A DNA stretch of 61,686 bases, the filler included. It is 7 parts of 7 records of this genome, joined end to end, with 100 filler letters (N's around TTAATTAATTAA, not from the genome) between each part and the next. Parts side by side here need not be neighbours in the genome. Positions count along the whole stretch, not along the records: positions 1 to 8,658 come from SRR22947725_1142; positions 8,759 to 15,914 come from SRR22947725_1147; positions 16,015 to 22,156 come from SRR22947725_1149; 4 more parts are not named here. One strand, written 5' to 3'. Numbering within the stretch: position 1 is the stretch's first letter; the number at the start of each line of letters is the position of its first letter. Position numbers and translations under genes: made by a program. Of this stretch, positions 8,477 to 18,706 are shown one piece after another. The notes beneath the pieces are model-generated. The model had not been told where the DNA came from. It worked only from the letters and a program-made list of their open reading frames with translations, and searched no databases.

Positions 8477-8647
8477 TTATTCTTCTATTAACTCAAAATC
8501 AAATTTACTCACTCCGCATTCAGGGCAGACCCATTCATCTGGTATATCTTCCCATTTGGTACCAGCTGGAATACCATCCTCCGGATCACCAAACTCTTCG
8601 TCATATATGTAGCCACATATAACACATTCATATTTTTGAAATTCCAT
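8477..8647 (-). CDS. Rubredoxin (56 aa, missed by the ORF track)
   Basis: Hand translation: MEFQKYECVICGYIYDEEFGDPEDGIPAGTKWEDIPDEWVCPECGVSKFDFELIEE; two CxxCG motifs. Confidence 0.95.
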   Translation of the reverse strand: MEFQKYECVICGYIYDEEFGDPEDGIPAGTKWEDIPDEWVCPECGVSKFDFELIEE

Positions 8648-8658
8648 TAGGAGTCCTC

Positions 8659-8758
8659 NNNNNNNNNNNNNNNNNNNNNNNNNNNNNNNNNNNNNNNNNN
8701 NNTTAATTAATTAANNNNNNNNNNNNNNNNNNNNNNNNNNNNNNNNNNNNNNNNNNNN
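8659..8758. other. Artificial contig spacer
   Basis: 44 N + TTAATTAATTAA (stops in all six frames) + 44 N. Confidence 0.97.
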
Positions 8759-9294
8759 TGAAGAAGAATTAAATAATGGAATAATAAATCTGCGGATTCG
8801 TTTAAAAACAAATTATCATTATCATCTTTAGCCTCAATAACAAGTTCTACTGCTTCTTCTCCCACCTTTTGAGCTATTTTATTGGTTCCTTTCTTAAACA
8901 AACTAGATACATAGCTAGAATCAGAGGGATTAATCTTTCTGTCTTGTATAATATCCTCAAGTTTACTGATAAAATCACTCGAAACATTAGTATCTTCAAA
9001 ACAGGTGTCATCTCCTTTATGACAAACTGGACCAACGGGATTAACCTTTATAAGTAATGTATCATTATCACAATCCTCCTTTAATGAAACAACCTTTAAT
9101 TCGTTACCACTTTCCTCTCCTTTTTTCCAAATTCTTTGTTTAGTTCTACTGTAAAAATGAACCACATTAGTACTTAAAGTTAAGCTTAAAGACTCTTTAT
9201 TTAAATAACCTAGCATCAACACTTTATGAGTATTGTTATCTTGAATAATTGCAGGGACTAATCCGTCTTTATTTTTATTAAAATCTAAATTCAT
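8759..9294 (-). CDS. hisIE: Bifunctional PR-AMP cyclohydrolase / PR-ATP pyrophosphatase, 3'-truncated
   Basis: [40 protein letters not shown]. Confidence 0.95.
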
Positions 9295-10046
9295 AATCGT
9301 ATAGGTATATTATTATTTTTCAATTCTATTTTAAGTTCTTGTAATCCAATTTCATTAAAATGAAATACACTAGCAGCAAGTGCAGCGTCAATATTCCCAG
9401 ATTTAAAGACTTCATTAAAATGTTCAATTTTCCCCGCTCCACCAGAAGCAATAATTGGAATATTCACTGTTTCAGAAAGCTTTTCAAGTGCCTGGCAAGC
9501 AAATCCATTTTTAGTTCCGTCATGATCCATCGATGTAAAAAGAATTTCTCCTGCTCCCCTATCCTCTACTTCTTTAGCCCAGTCAAATAACCTGATATCT
9601 GTTTTAATTCTTCCACCAATTAAATAAACGTACCAATCATTATCAATAAATTTTGCGTCAATTGCTACAACAACACATTGGCTTCCAAAACCTGAGGCTA
9701 ATTCATTGATAAAACCAGGGTTTTTTACGACATAACTATTCACAGAAACCTTGTCTGCACCATTTTTTAATAGAATCTCTACGTCTTTCAAAGATTTAAT
9801 ACCTCCTCCAACAGTGAACGGAATATTAATGTTCTCTGAAATCTGGTCAACAAGTTTTGCAAATGTTCTTCTATCTTCTTTAGTAGCAGTTATATCTAAA
9901 AAAACAAGCTCGTCTGCTCCGTTTTCAGAGTAATATTTAGCAAGTTCAACTGGATCTCCGGCATCTACAAGGTCTACAAAATTAACTCCCTTTACAGTTC
10001 TGGAGTCTTTTATATCAAGACATGGTATTATTCTTTTAGCTAGCAT
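9291..10046 (-). CDS. hisF: Imidazole glycerol phosphate synthase cyclase subunit
   Basis: [39 protein letters not shown]. Confidence 0.97.
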   Translation of the reverse strand: MLAKRIIPCLDIKDSRTVKGVNFVDLVDAGDPVELAKYYSENGADELVFLDITATKEDRRTFAKLVDQISENINIPFTVGGGIKSLKDVEILLKNGADKVSVNSYVVKNPGFINELASGFGSQCVVVAIDAKFIDNDWYVYLIGGRIKTDIRLFDWAKEVEDRGAGEILFTSMDHDGTKNGFACQALEKLSETVNIPIIASGGAGKIEHFNEVFKSGNIDAALAASVFHFNEIGLQELKIELKNNNIPIRL

Positions 10047-10768
10047 TATGTATTTATAAAATTCATTAAACTTTTTAATTCTATTTTGTTTTCATAAATC
10101 GCTTTTCCAAGAATAGCTCCTTCACAACCAATCTCTTTTAAATCTTCTAAATCTTTAATCTTTGAGATTCCACCCGAAGCAATTAAACAAATATCTTTAT
10201 ATGATTTTAAGATGTTTTTATATGAATCTGTTGAAGGGCCTTTAAGCATTCCGTCTTTAGAAATATCAGTTGGAATAACATACTTTACTCCTTTTGAGAT
10301 GTGATAATTTAAGAAATCCATAAGATCACTCCCAGAATCATTAAGCCATCCATTTGTTTTAATCTTGTTATCTAAAAAATCAGCACCTAAAATTATCTTA
10401 TCTGCTCCGTATTTATCAAACAATTCAATAAACGTTTCAGGGCTTGAAACAGCAATACTACCTAAAGTAACCTGAGATGCGCCTGATTCAAATGCCACTC
10501 TAACATCTTCAATTGATTTTAATCCACCACCAAAATCAATGTTTAAAGCTGTTTTTAGAGCAATTTGCTCTAGAATCTTATGATTTATAATCTTACTTGA
10601 CTTGGCGCCGTCTAAATCAACTAAATGAAGATAATTAATCCCATGATCTTCAAACCTCTGAGCCATTTCAAATGGACTAGAGTTATATATAGTTTTTTTA
10701 CTGTAATCACCTTGTGATAGCCTTACACACTTTCCTTCAATAATATCTATAGCTGGAATTATTCTCAT
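10046..10768 (-). CDS. hisA: ProFAR isomerase
   Basis: [33 protein letters not shown]. Confidence 0.97.
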   Translation of the reverse strand: MRIIPAIDIIEGKCVRLSQGDYSKKTIYNSSPFEMAQRFEDHGINYLHLVDLDGAKSSKIINHKILEQIALKTALNIDFGGGLKSIEDVRVAFESGASQVTLGSIAVSSPETFIELFDKYGADKIILGADFLDNKIKTNGWLNDSGSDLMDFLNYHISKGVKYVIPTDISKDGMLKGPSTDSYKNILKSYKDICLIASGGISKIKDLEDLKEIGCEGAILGKAIYENKIELKSLMNFINT

Positions 10769-11352
10769 TATGGATTAGTTATAAAATTTTTAAGTATAAT
10801 TTCACCTTTGCCTCCACTCTTTTCAGGGTGAAACTGAACTCCAGTAAAATTATTTTTTTTAATTGCCGTACTATAATCAATTCCGTATTTAGTAGTTGAT
10901 ATAGTTTCCGAAATAACGGGGACAAAATAACTATGTACTAAATACATGTATTCCTTTTCACTTATTGAATTAAACAGACTAGTCTTTAAATCAAAAATAG
11001 TATTCCATCCAATTTGAGGAACCTTTAGAGAGTTGTCAAACTTTTTGACCTTAGAATTAAATATTTTAAGACACTCGGTACTTCCTTCTTCAGAGAAATC
11101 ACACATTAACTGCATACCTAAACATATACCTAATACTGGTTGTTTTAAATTAGGGATAAGCAAATCCAATCCTTCAGACTGAAGTTTTTTCATTGCACTA
11201 CTAGCCTGACCTACTCCAGGAAAAATAACTTTATCTGAATTTGAAATCACTTCTTTGTCTGAAGTCAAAATTCCTTCACAACCAAGTCTTTTCAAAGCGT
11301 ATTTCACACTTTGAGTATTACCAGTTCCATAATCAATTATAGCTATTCTCAT
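10768..11352 (-). CDS. hisH: Imidazole glycerol phosphate synthase glutamine amidotransferase
   Basis: IDYGTGN, PGVG, GICLGMQ, QFHPEKS. Confidence 0.97.
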   Translation of the reverse strand: MRIAIIDYGTGNTQSVKYALKRLGCEGILTSDKEVISNSDKVIFPGVGQASSAMKKLQSEGLDLLIPNLKQPVLGICLGMQLMCDFSEEGSTECLKIFNSKVKKFDNSLKVPQIGWNTIFDLKTSLFNSISEKEYMYLVHSYFVPVISETISTTKYGIDYSTAIKKNNFTGVQFHPEKSGGKGEIILKNFITNP

Positions 11353-12464
11353 TACAAAACTCCTTTAGTGGATGGTAATATTAATTTATCTTGATTTTTA
11401 CTTACAGCACTTTTAATACACTTAGCAAAAGCCTTGAATATAGATTCAATTTTATGATGCTCGTTAGTTCCTTCAACTTTTATATTAGCATTTAGTTTAG
11501 CTGCGTCACAGAACGATTTAAAAAAGTGGTAAAACATTTCAGTTGGCACATCCCCTATCTTCTCTCTTTTAAATTCAGCGTCCCAAACCAGCCAACTTCT
11601 TCCTCCAAAATCTATTGCTACTTGAGCTAAACAGTCGTCCATCGGTAGTGAAAAAGCATATCTTTCGATTCCTATTTTCTTTCCTAGCAGAGTGGAAAAA
11701 GATTCCCCAAGTGCAATTGCAGTATCTTCAATAGTATGATGCTCGTCAACATTTAAATCCCCGTCAACTTTAATATTTAGATCTATTAGCGAGTGCCTAG
11801 AAAGCTGATCTAACATGTGATCAAAAAACGAAAGGCCAGTATCAATATTACTTTTTCCTGTTCCATCTAAATCAAGCTCAATCTCAATTTTAGTTTCATT
11901 TGTAATTCTCTCAAAATTAGAATACCTGCTTAACCCACTTAGATACTCATAAACTGATTTCCAAGAATCTGTTTTAAGTTTTACAACATCGCTTAACGAC
12001 TTGTCTAAATCTGAGCCATTGTAAAAAATTCCAGAACATTTTAAGTTATTAGCAAGTTGCATATCAGATGATCTATCTCCAATAACAAAAGAATTAACCA
12101 TATCAATGTTACTATCCTCTATATATTCTGTTAACAATCCTGTTCTTGGCTTTCTGTAATTTGAATTTTCTTTTTCAAAACTCTTGTCAATATGTATTTT
12201 AAAAAAATTAATTTTTTCATTTTTAAAAGAGCTAATAATAAAATTTTGAACAGGCCAAAAGGTTGTTTCTGGAAACGAGTCTGTTCCTAGACCATCTTGA
12301 TTTGTAACCATTACAAGTTCAAAATCTAACTCTTCACTAATTTTATTTAAATACTTAAACACTCCAGGAAGAAAACTTAATTTCTCAAAACTATCTAATT
12401 GCTTATCCAGTTTAGGTTCTTTAACTAAAGTTCCATCTCTATCTATAAAAAGAATCTTTTTCAT
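11352..12464 (-). CDS. hisB: Bifunctional histidinol-phosphatase / IGP dehydratase
   Basis: HAD motif FIDRDGTL, RKP, GDR; DEHHTIED and NEHHKIES; STKGVL. Confidence 0.96.
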   Translation of the reverse strand: MKKILFIDRDGTLVKEPKLDKQLDSFEKLSFLPGVFKYLNKISEELDFELVMVTNQDGLGTDSFPETTFWPVQNFIISSFKNEKINFFKIHIDKSFEKENSNYRKPRTGLLTEYIEDSNIDMVNSFVIGDRSSDMQLANNLKCSGIFYNGSDLDKSLSDVVKLKTDSWKSVYEYLSGLSRYSNFERITNETKIEIELDLDGTGKSNIDTGLSFFDHMLDQLSRHSLIDLNIKVDGDLNVDEHHTIEDTAIALGESFSTLLGKKIGIERYAFSLPMDDCLAQVAIDFGGRSWLVWDAEFKREKIGDVPTEMFYHFFKSFCDAAKLNANIKVEGTNEHHKIESIFKAFAKCIKSAVSKNQDKLILPSTKGVL

Positions 12465-13498
12465 AATTCATTTAATGTTTTTATTAATATTTTATTTTCA
12501 TCTTTTGTACCAACTGTAATTCTTAAACAGTTTTGACACAAATATTGATTCGTTCTGTTTCTAACTACAATACCCTTTTTCAATAACTGATTGTATCTTA
12601 AATCAGCATTATCCACTTTAACAAGTATAAAGTTTGCGTCAGATTCGTATATTTTTTCAACAAAATCAAGTTTTTCTAAAAAGGAAATCAACTTCTCTTT
12701 CTGATTTAAAATAGAATTGACATTACTTTTAATTTCACTAACCTTTTTCAGCTCCTCTAAAGCTTTATTTTCAGTAAGTATATTTATATTATATGGAGGT
12801 TTGATTTTATTTATGTAACTAATAATTTTTTCGTTTGAAAATCCCATCCCTAATCTGATACCTGCCATTCCATAAGCCTTAGACATAGTTTGAGTAATTA
12901 TTAAATTTTCATACTTGCCAATAAGATTAATTAAAGATTTTTGAGATGAAAAATCTATATAAGCCTCATCAATAACAACAATACCCTTGAAGTCTTTAAT
13001 TAAATCACTTAAAATATTAATATCAAATGAATTTCCTGTGGGATTATTTGGAGAGCACAAGAACAAAATCTTAGTATTAGATGGTTTTAAACCTAGTATT
13101 TTATCTCTGTCAATTGAAAAATCGCTTTTTAATGGAATTTCAATGTTTTCAACACTATTAGTCTTAGCTATCACATCATACATGCCATAAGTTGGAGGAA
13201 GAGTAATTATCTGATCTTGGTTTGGATTACAAAAAACCCTAACAATTAAATCGAGAATTTCGTCAGTCCCGTTACCAAAAACAACTTGATTTACATTTAC
13301 ATTTTTAATTTTAGAAACAACTGTCTTTAAATCATTATGCTTATTATCAGGATATCTATTAATTCCATTATCAAAAGGAGATTCATTTGCGTCTAAATAA
13401 ATTAAGTTTTCATCACATCCGTTCTTGTACTCATCTCTAGCAGATGAATACGAAGACATATTTTTAACATTGTCTCTTACCAGAGCATCTATTTTCAT
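12461..13498 (-). CDS. hisC: Histidinol-phosphate aminotransferase
   Basis: LDANESP, CSPNNPTGN, DEAY, TMSKAYGMAGIRLG. Confidence 0.96.
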   Translation of the reverse strand: MKIDALVRDNVKNMSSYSSARDEYKNGCDENLIYLDANESPFDNGINRYPDNKHNDLKTVVSKIKNVNVNQVVFGNGTDEILDLIVRVFCNPNQDQIITLPPTYGMYDVIAKTNSVENIEIPLKSDFSIDRDKILGLKPSNTKILFLCSPNNPTGNSFDINILSDLIKDFKGIVVIDEAYIDFSSQKSLINLIGKYENLIITQTMSKAYGMAGIRLGMGFSNEKIISYINKIKPPYNINILTENKALEELKKVSEIKSNVNSILNQKEKLISFLEKLDFVEKIYESDANFILVKVDNADLRYNQLLKKGIVVRNRTNQYLCQNCLRITVGTKDENKILIKTLNEL

Positions 13499-13499
13499 A

Positions 13500-14786
13500 T
13501 TAACTTTTTAAATCTTTAACCCTTATTGATACCGCATTTTTATGAGCCTGTAAACCTTCTGCTTTAGCCATAGTCTCTACTGTTTTTGAAATATTCAATA
13601 AACCAGTTTTTGATATTTTCTGAAAAGTGATTGTCTTTTGAAAACTATCTAAATTAACACCGCTATATTGCTTAGCATTTCCATTTGTTGGCAGAGTGTG
13701 ATTTGTTCCTGATGCGTAATCACCAGCGCTTTCAGGTGTGTAATTACCAATAAATACAGATCCGGCACTTACTATATTATCAACAAAGAAAGATTCGTCT
13801 TGAACATTAATTATATAATGCTCTGGTGCATATAAATTAATGAAATCAATTGCCTTAGTCTTATCATCAAAAAATATAAGTTTAGAATTTGAAATTGATT
13901 TATTAATAAAATCTATTCTGTCTAAGCTTTTGACTTGATCATTTATACATTTCTCAACTTCATTTATTAAGGGTTTTGAAAGGCTTACAAATATAACCTG
14001 ACTATCAGGTCCATGCTCTGCTTGAGAGAGTAAATCTGATGCTATATAACTAGGGTTAGCATACTTATCAGCTAATACTAATAATTCACTTGGACCTGCA
14101 GGCATATCAATTGCTGTATTAAAATTGATCGATTTTAATTTAGCATAGGTAACAAACTGATTTCCTGGTCCAAATATCTTATTTACTTTAGGAACAGTCT
14201 CTGTTCCTAAACTCATAGCCGCCACTGATTGAGCTCCACCAACACAAATGACTGTATCCACTTTACAAAGTTTAGCACAATACAAGATAGCTGGATGAAG
14301 TTCACCATTTTTATTAGGTGGTGAACAAAGAACAATATTTTTACATTTAGCTATCATAGCAGGAATAGCTAACATTAAAACTGATGAAAACAAAGGAGCT
14401 GTACCACCTGGGATATACAAGCCAACATTTTCTATAGCTCTCTTTTCTTGCCAACATAAAACCCCAGGTGTAGTTTCAATTTTATTGAAATCAATAACCT
14501 GATTCTTGTGAAATTTATAAATGTTATTAAAAGCTGCATTGATTGACTCTTTTAAATCCTTGTCAATATCATTTTCTGAATTATTAATTTTTTCAGAGCT
14601 AACCTTTAAATTATTCAATTCAACATTGTCGAATTTTTTTGTGTATTCTATTAAAGATTTATCTCCATATAATTCAACATTTGTAAAAATTTCATCCACA
14701 ACGTCTTTTACAGAATCAAGACTATAAACTGGCCGTTTAACCAACGAAGTCCATGTGCTTTTATTTGGGTTAAATATTTTATTCAT
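13500..14786 (-). CDS. hisD: Histidinol dehydrogenase
   Basis: GLYIPGG, GPGNQFV, DMPAGPSE, QAEH, APEH, GTNHTLPT. Confidence 0.97.
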   Translation of the reverse strand: MNKIFNPNKSTWTSLVKRPVYSLDSVKDVVDEIFTNVELYGDKSLIEYTKKFDNVELNNLKVSSEKINNSENDIDKDLKESINAAFNNIYKFHKNQVIDFNKIETTPGVLCWQEKRAIENVGLYIPGGTAPLFSSVLMLAIPAMIAKCKNIVLCSPPNKNGELHPAILYCAKLCKVDTVICVGGAQSVAAMSLGTETVPKVNKIFGPGNQFVTYAKLKSINFNTAIDMPAGPSELLVLADKYANPSYIASDLLSQAEHGPDSQVIFVSLSKPLINEVEKCINDQVKSLDRIDFINKSISNSKLIFFDDKTKAIDFINLYAPEHYIINVQDESFFVDNIVSAGSVFIGNYTPESAGDYASGTNHTLPTNGNAKQYSGVNLDSFQKTITFQKISKTGLLNISKTVETMAKAEGLQAHKNAVSIRVKDLKS

Positions 14787-15643
14787 TATAAAACCATTTT
14801 TTCAATTGGACACACTAATATATCTTCAGCTCCAGCATCTTTAATTTTATCGATCACTTCCCAAAAAGTATCTTCATTGATAACTGAATGCAAAGAGCTC
14901 CAACCCTCTTTACTTAAAGGAAGAACAGTTGGACTCTTTAAAACAGGAAGTATTTCAGAAATAGCATTTATTTTATCATTTGGAGCGTTTAAAAGAATAT
15001 ACTTAGACTCTTTGGCTTTTAAAACAGCTTTAACTCTAAACAAAAACTTGTCTAGCAAATATTTGTTGGATTCTAACACATGTTTGTTTCCAGCCAATAC
15101 AGCTTGTGATTCATGAATTACAAATACTTCTTTTAAGTTATTTTTATAAAGTGTACTGCCACTTGAAACTATATCACATATAGCATCTGACAATCCAATG
15201 TTTGGAGCTATCTCAACCGATCCGTTAATAACATGGATATCCGCACTAATATTGTTTTTATTTAAAAACTTTTTAAGTGTGTTAGGATAGGATGTAGCAA
15301 TTTTAAGATTGTTTAAATAAGAAATAGAATTAAATTCAACTTCTTTTGGAACTGCAATTGAGACCTTGCATTTAGAAAATCCTAAATTTTCTATAACATC
15401 AATTTTAAAATCTTTTTCGATTAATAAATTTTCGCCAATTATTGCTAAATCAACTACCCCATCGTTAATATATTTTGGAATATCACTGTTTCTTAAAAAA
15501 TAAACCTCAATAGGAAAATTTCTAGCCGAGGCCATTAATTGATCCTTATAGTTGTCTATTTTAATTCCACATTTATTCAAAAGGTTTAAAGAATCCGTAT
15601 TGAGTCTTCCTGATTTCTGAATTGCAATTTTTAGTTTTTTCAT
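14786..15643 (-). CDS. hisG: ATP phosphoribosyltransferase (long form)
   Basis: IAIQKSGRL, ATSYPN, GSVEIAP, DIVSSGSTL plus C-terminal regulatory domain. Confidence 0.97.
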   Translation of the reverse strand: MKKLKIAIQKSGRLNTDSLNLLNKCGIKIDNYKDQLMASARNFPIEVYFLRNSDIPKYINDGVVDLAIIGENLLIEKDFKIDVIENLGFSKCKVSIAVPKEVEFNSISYLNNLKIATSYPNTLKKFLNKNNISADIHVINGSVEIAPNIGLSDAICDIVSSGSTLYKNNLKEVFVIHESQAVLAGNKHVLESNKYLLDKFLFRVKAVLKAKESKYILLNAPNDKINAISEILPVLKSPTVLPLSKEGWSSLHSVINEDTFWEVIDKIKDAGAEDILVCPIEKMVL

Positions 15644-15660
15644 TTATTGATTTTTTTTAT

Positions 15661-15695
15661 AAAAAAAATGCCCGTTTGAATTAACAAACGGGCAT
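15661..15695 (-). terminator. Attenuator terminator of the his operon
   Basis: Perfect 11-bp stem ATGCCCGTTTG / CAAACGGGCAT, 6-nt loop, followed on the minus strand by a T run just before hisG. Confidence 0.85.
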
Positions 15696-15717
15696 GTATA
15701 ATAATATAACAATATCA

Positions 15718-15774
15718 TCACATCACTCGTTTGAGGATATTAAAATGATGATGATTGTTACGGTTAAATTTCAT
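15718..15774 (-). CDS. Histidine operon leader peptide MKFNRNNHHHFNILKRVM
   Basis: 18-aa ORF with three tandem CAT codons, 22 nt upstream of the terminator stem. Confidence 0.8.
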   Translation of the reverse strand: MKFNRNNHHHFNILKRVM

Positions 15775-15808
15775 TGTTTAAATTTGAATTGCAAATATTA
15801 TAAAAAAA

Positions 15809-15914
15809 TTATTGATTTCCTAGAATAATTGGTAAACCATCTTTTCCACTTCCAATTACAATTACTTTAGAGTTAGGAGACTCAGCAAGTTTAGTAGTAG
15901 CTTCAATACCCTTA
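15809..15914 (-). CDS. SPFH/prohibitin family protein, C-terminal fragment
   Basis: KGIEATTKLAESPNSKVIVIGSGKDGLPIILGNQ*, typical bacterial prohibitin C-terminus. Confidence 0.75.
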
Positions 15915-16014
15915 NNNNNNNNNNNNNNNNNNNNNNNNNNNNNNNNNNNNNNNNNNNNTTAATTAATTAANNNNNNNNNNNNNNNNNNNNNNNNNNNNNN
16001 NNNNNNNNNNNNNN
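15915..16014. other. Artificial contig spacer
   Basis: 44 N + TTAATTAATTAA + 44 N. Confidence 0.97.
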
Positions 16015-16029
16015 ATCCATTTATCTGAT

Positions 16030-16626
16030 TTAATCGACATTTATCTCTGTTCTCCCTTGAATTGCTCTCGCAATAGTATTTCCATCAACATATTCTAGCT
16101 CTCCACCAATGGGTATACCATATGAAATTCTAGAAACCTTTCTATCTTTAATATGATCTTTAATGAATATTGCAGTTGCATCTCCTTCCACTGTAGAGCT
16201 TGTAGCCAGAATTATTTCTTTGATATCCTCTTTTGTGATTAAGTTTAAAAGCTGATCTATTCCAAGATCTTCTGGGCCAATTCCGTCAATTGGAGACAGT
16301 CTTCCAAGCAATACAAAGTACTTACCGCGAAAACCACCTGTGGATTCAATAGCTAGCATATCTGAAGGGTTTTCAATTACACAAATGCTATGTTTATCCC
16401 TAGATGTATCTGAACAAACTTTGCAATATTCATTTGAAGTTAGCATTCTGCATCTCTTACACCTATCTATACTATTTACTGCATCTTGAAGAGTTTTTGA
16501 AAGCAAAGATGCACCGTCTTTGTTTTTATCTAAAAGATATAATGCCATTCTTTGTGCAGATTTCTTACCCACACCCGGAAGAATAGTTAGGGAATTTATT
16601 AAATCATTTAGTAGATCAGTTTGCAT
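16030..16626 (-). CDS. recR: Recombination mediator RecR
   Basis: LPGVGKKSAQRMA HhH, C4 zinc finger, Toprim with TVEGDATA, GGELEYVD. Confidence 0.97.
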   Translation of the reverse strand: MQTDLLNDLINSLTILPGVGKKSAQRMALYLLDKNKDGASLLSKTLQDAVNSIDRCKRCRMLTSNEYCKVCSDTSRDKHSICVIENPSDMLAIESTGGFRGKYFVLLGRLSPIDGIGPEDLGIDQLLNLITKEDIKEIILATSSTVEGDATAIFIKDHIKDRKVSRISYGIPIGGELEYVDGNTIARAIQGRTEINVD

Positions 16627-16627
16627 A

Positions 16628-18244
16628 TTAGTTAACTGGTTTAATAGATTTTTCTTTTAAAGTTGCATCGAATTTTGTCATAAAATTTTTAATCGAGTCA
16701 TTATTATTGATGCTATCTTCTGCATTTGACTGCTTGGCTATATTTTCTTGCTCTTCTTGCTGTAATGGTCCGTCATTAATATTAGAGTGCTCTAGTTTAA
16801 TTTTCATATTTACTTTAAAAGCTTCGGAACATATATTTTCGAATTCTTTTTCTACATTTGGAGGTATCTGATATTTTTTAAGATCTCCTCCTAAATATAT
16901 TTCATTATTTTCTATTTTAATAAAAATAAAATTTCCATAATAATTTTTTACAAAAACACTCATTTTAAGTGTCCTAAAGAAAGTTATCCAATCTTGATTA
17001 GATTCTATTTTTAAAAGGTTATTTGTAGATGGACTTTTCTCAACTTTTTGTTCAATAGAGACTTTGCTAGATTTAGTTGATAGGTCTTTTTTTTGATTGC
17101 CAAGAGGTTTATTTAATTTTTTTTTTTCGTTCAAACTTTCGTTTGTTAATTTTGATTTATCATGAATACTTGCCAATGGATTGAAGGCTAACATTCTGAG
17201 CAAACAAATCTCTAATGCTTCTTTGGGATTTGGGTGGATGCTGAACTTCGAATAAGAGTTAACAGCTATTTCATAAATGAGTTGAATGAATTCCCTATCA
17301 ACAGCTTGCGCGATAATCTTGATAGGTTCATTGTTTGAATTTTGAAGAGCCTGCTCTAAAGAAACTTTATGAATAAAGCTAATAATATGCTTAAGAACAT
17401 TTTCATATTCAGGGGTAAGCTCTTCTATCTTATAAAAAATATTAAATGTATTTTCAGCATCACCACTGACCACAGCATCAATTAAGTCTGATATAAGAGA
17501 GTCATCAATCGTTCCAAGTAGCTCCTTTACATCCTCTTCTTTAAGTGACCCATTACCATGAGCTATAGATTGATCTAAAAGAGTAAGAGCATCCCTAACA
17601 GAACCTTGCGCTGATTCTGATATTAAACTTAGAGAATTTTTATCATGCTCGATCTGCTCAGAATTGATTACATTCTGAAGATGCATTTCTAAATCATCTT
17701 TATTTATAGTTTTAAGATTTAGTTGGAGGCATCTAGATTGAACAGTTTTTGGAATTTTTTCTGGGTCAGTTGTTGCAAAAATAAAAATGACATGTGCTGG
17801 GGGCTCTTCTAAAGTTTTAAGCAAAGCATTAAAGCTGCTTGTAGATAACATATGAACCTCGTCTATTAAATAGATTTTGTACCTTCCGGAGGATGGTTTA
17901 TATTGAACTGTATCAAGCAGCTCTCTCATGTCATCAACCCCTGTTTTTGATGCAGCATCAATCTCAAGAAAGTCTAAATGTCTTCCATTTTTTATTTCAT
18001 CACATACCGTACATTTATCACATGGCTTTGTTACAGGCTCTTCTGAAGAAAGACAGTTAAGGCACTTAGATAATATTCTAGCCAAGGTGGTTTTGCCTAC
18101 ACCCCTGGTACCTGAAAATATATAAGCTTGATGTATTTTGTTTGAAGCAATGCTATTTACAATCGCTTGAATTATATGCGGCTGTCCTACAACTTCCTCG
18201 AAGTTGGATGGTCTGTATTTTCTTGCTAAAACCTCATAAGACAT
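16628..18244 (-). CDS. dnaX: DNA polymerase III subunit gamma/tau
   Basis: YEVLARKYRP, GTRGVGKTT, zinc Cys cluster, IDEVHML, SRC, GSVRDAL. Confidence 0.97.
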   Translation of the reverse strand: MSYEVLARKYRPSNFEEVVGQPHIIQAIVNSIASNKIHQAYIFSGTRGVGKTTLARILSKCLNCLSSEEPVTKPCDKCTVCDEIKNGRHLDFLEIDAASKTGVDDMRELLDTVQYKPSSGRYKIYLIDEVHMLSTSSFNALLKTLEEPPAHVIFIFATTDPEKIPKTVQSRCLQLNLKTINKDDLEMHLQNVINSEQIEHDKNSLSLISESAQGSVRDALTLLDQSIAHGNGSLKEEDVKELLGTIDDSLISDLIDAVVSGDAENTFNIFYKIEELTPEYENVLKHIISFIHKVSLEQALQNSNNEPIKIIAQAVDREFIQLIYEIAVNSYSKFSIHPNPKEALEICLLRMLAFNPLASIHDKSKLTNESLNEKKKLNKPLGNQKKDLSTKSSKVSIEQKVEKSPSTNNLLKIESNQDWITFFRTLKMSVFVKNYYGNFIFIKIENNEIYLGGDLKKYQIPPNVEKEFENICSEAFKVNMKIKLEHSNINDGPLQQEEQENIAKQSNAEDSINNNDSIKNFMTKFDATLKEKSIKPVN

Positions 18245-18265
18245 ATGGGCTGATCATAACATGAC

Positions 18266-18706
18266 CTAGTTAAAAACTGATTCGATTTCTGTAAAAGAGA
18301 AGCCCCTATTTATTAAAAAGTTTTTTTGCTTGTTCTTAAGTTTAAAATCAACTGCAACGCCTTCTTTAAATTTCTTATTAAAGACTTGATGTGCTAACTC
18401 TTTCCATTCACCCGATTCAAATATTGCCTTACTGGCAATAGATTTTTCTACACCTTTTGAGACAAGCTCGTATGATATTTTCTTTGGTCCAAATCCTTTT
18501 CTTTTTCGTGCTGCAACATAATGTTCAGAAAACCTTTCATCGTTAACCAAACAGTTATCTTTAAGCTTTTGAATAGATTCTTCTATAAGATCTTGATTAG
18601 AGAATTTTTTTAAAAGCTTATCTGATAATTCTTTTTGCGAATGCTCTCTCCTAGAAAGGATATCTAAAGCTTTATTGTAGATTTCAATATACGAATCTTC
18701 TGTCAT
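18266..18706 (-). CDS. recX: Regulatory protein RecX
   Basis: LSRREHS..EL, NDERF, GFGPKKI..EL..KGV, FL.NRGF. Confidence 0.92.
   Translation of the reverse strand: MTEDSYIEIYNKALDILSRREHSQKELSDKLLKKFSNQDLIEESIQKLKDNCLVNDERFSEHYVAARKRKGFGPKKISYELVSKGVEKSIASKAIFESGEWKELAHQVFNKKFKEGVAVDFKLKNKQKNFLINRGFSFTEIESVFN

Noticed and set aside
8703-8714. TTAATTAATTAA recurring six times as a possible biological repeat or recombination site
   Set aside because: Always centred in exactly 44+44 N; a synthetic six-frame-stop linker
8707-9294. Truncated genes at spacers as pseudogenes (hisIE, greA, recG, uvrB, gyrA, exbB)
   Set aside because: Truncations coincide with contig ends; no internal stops or frameshifts seen
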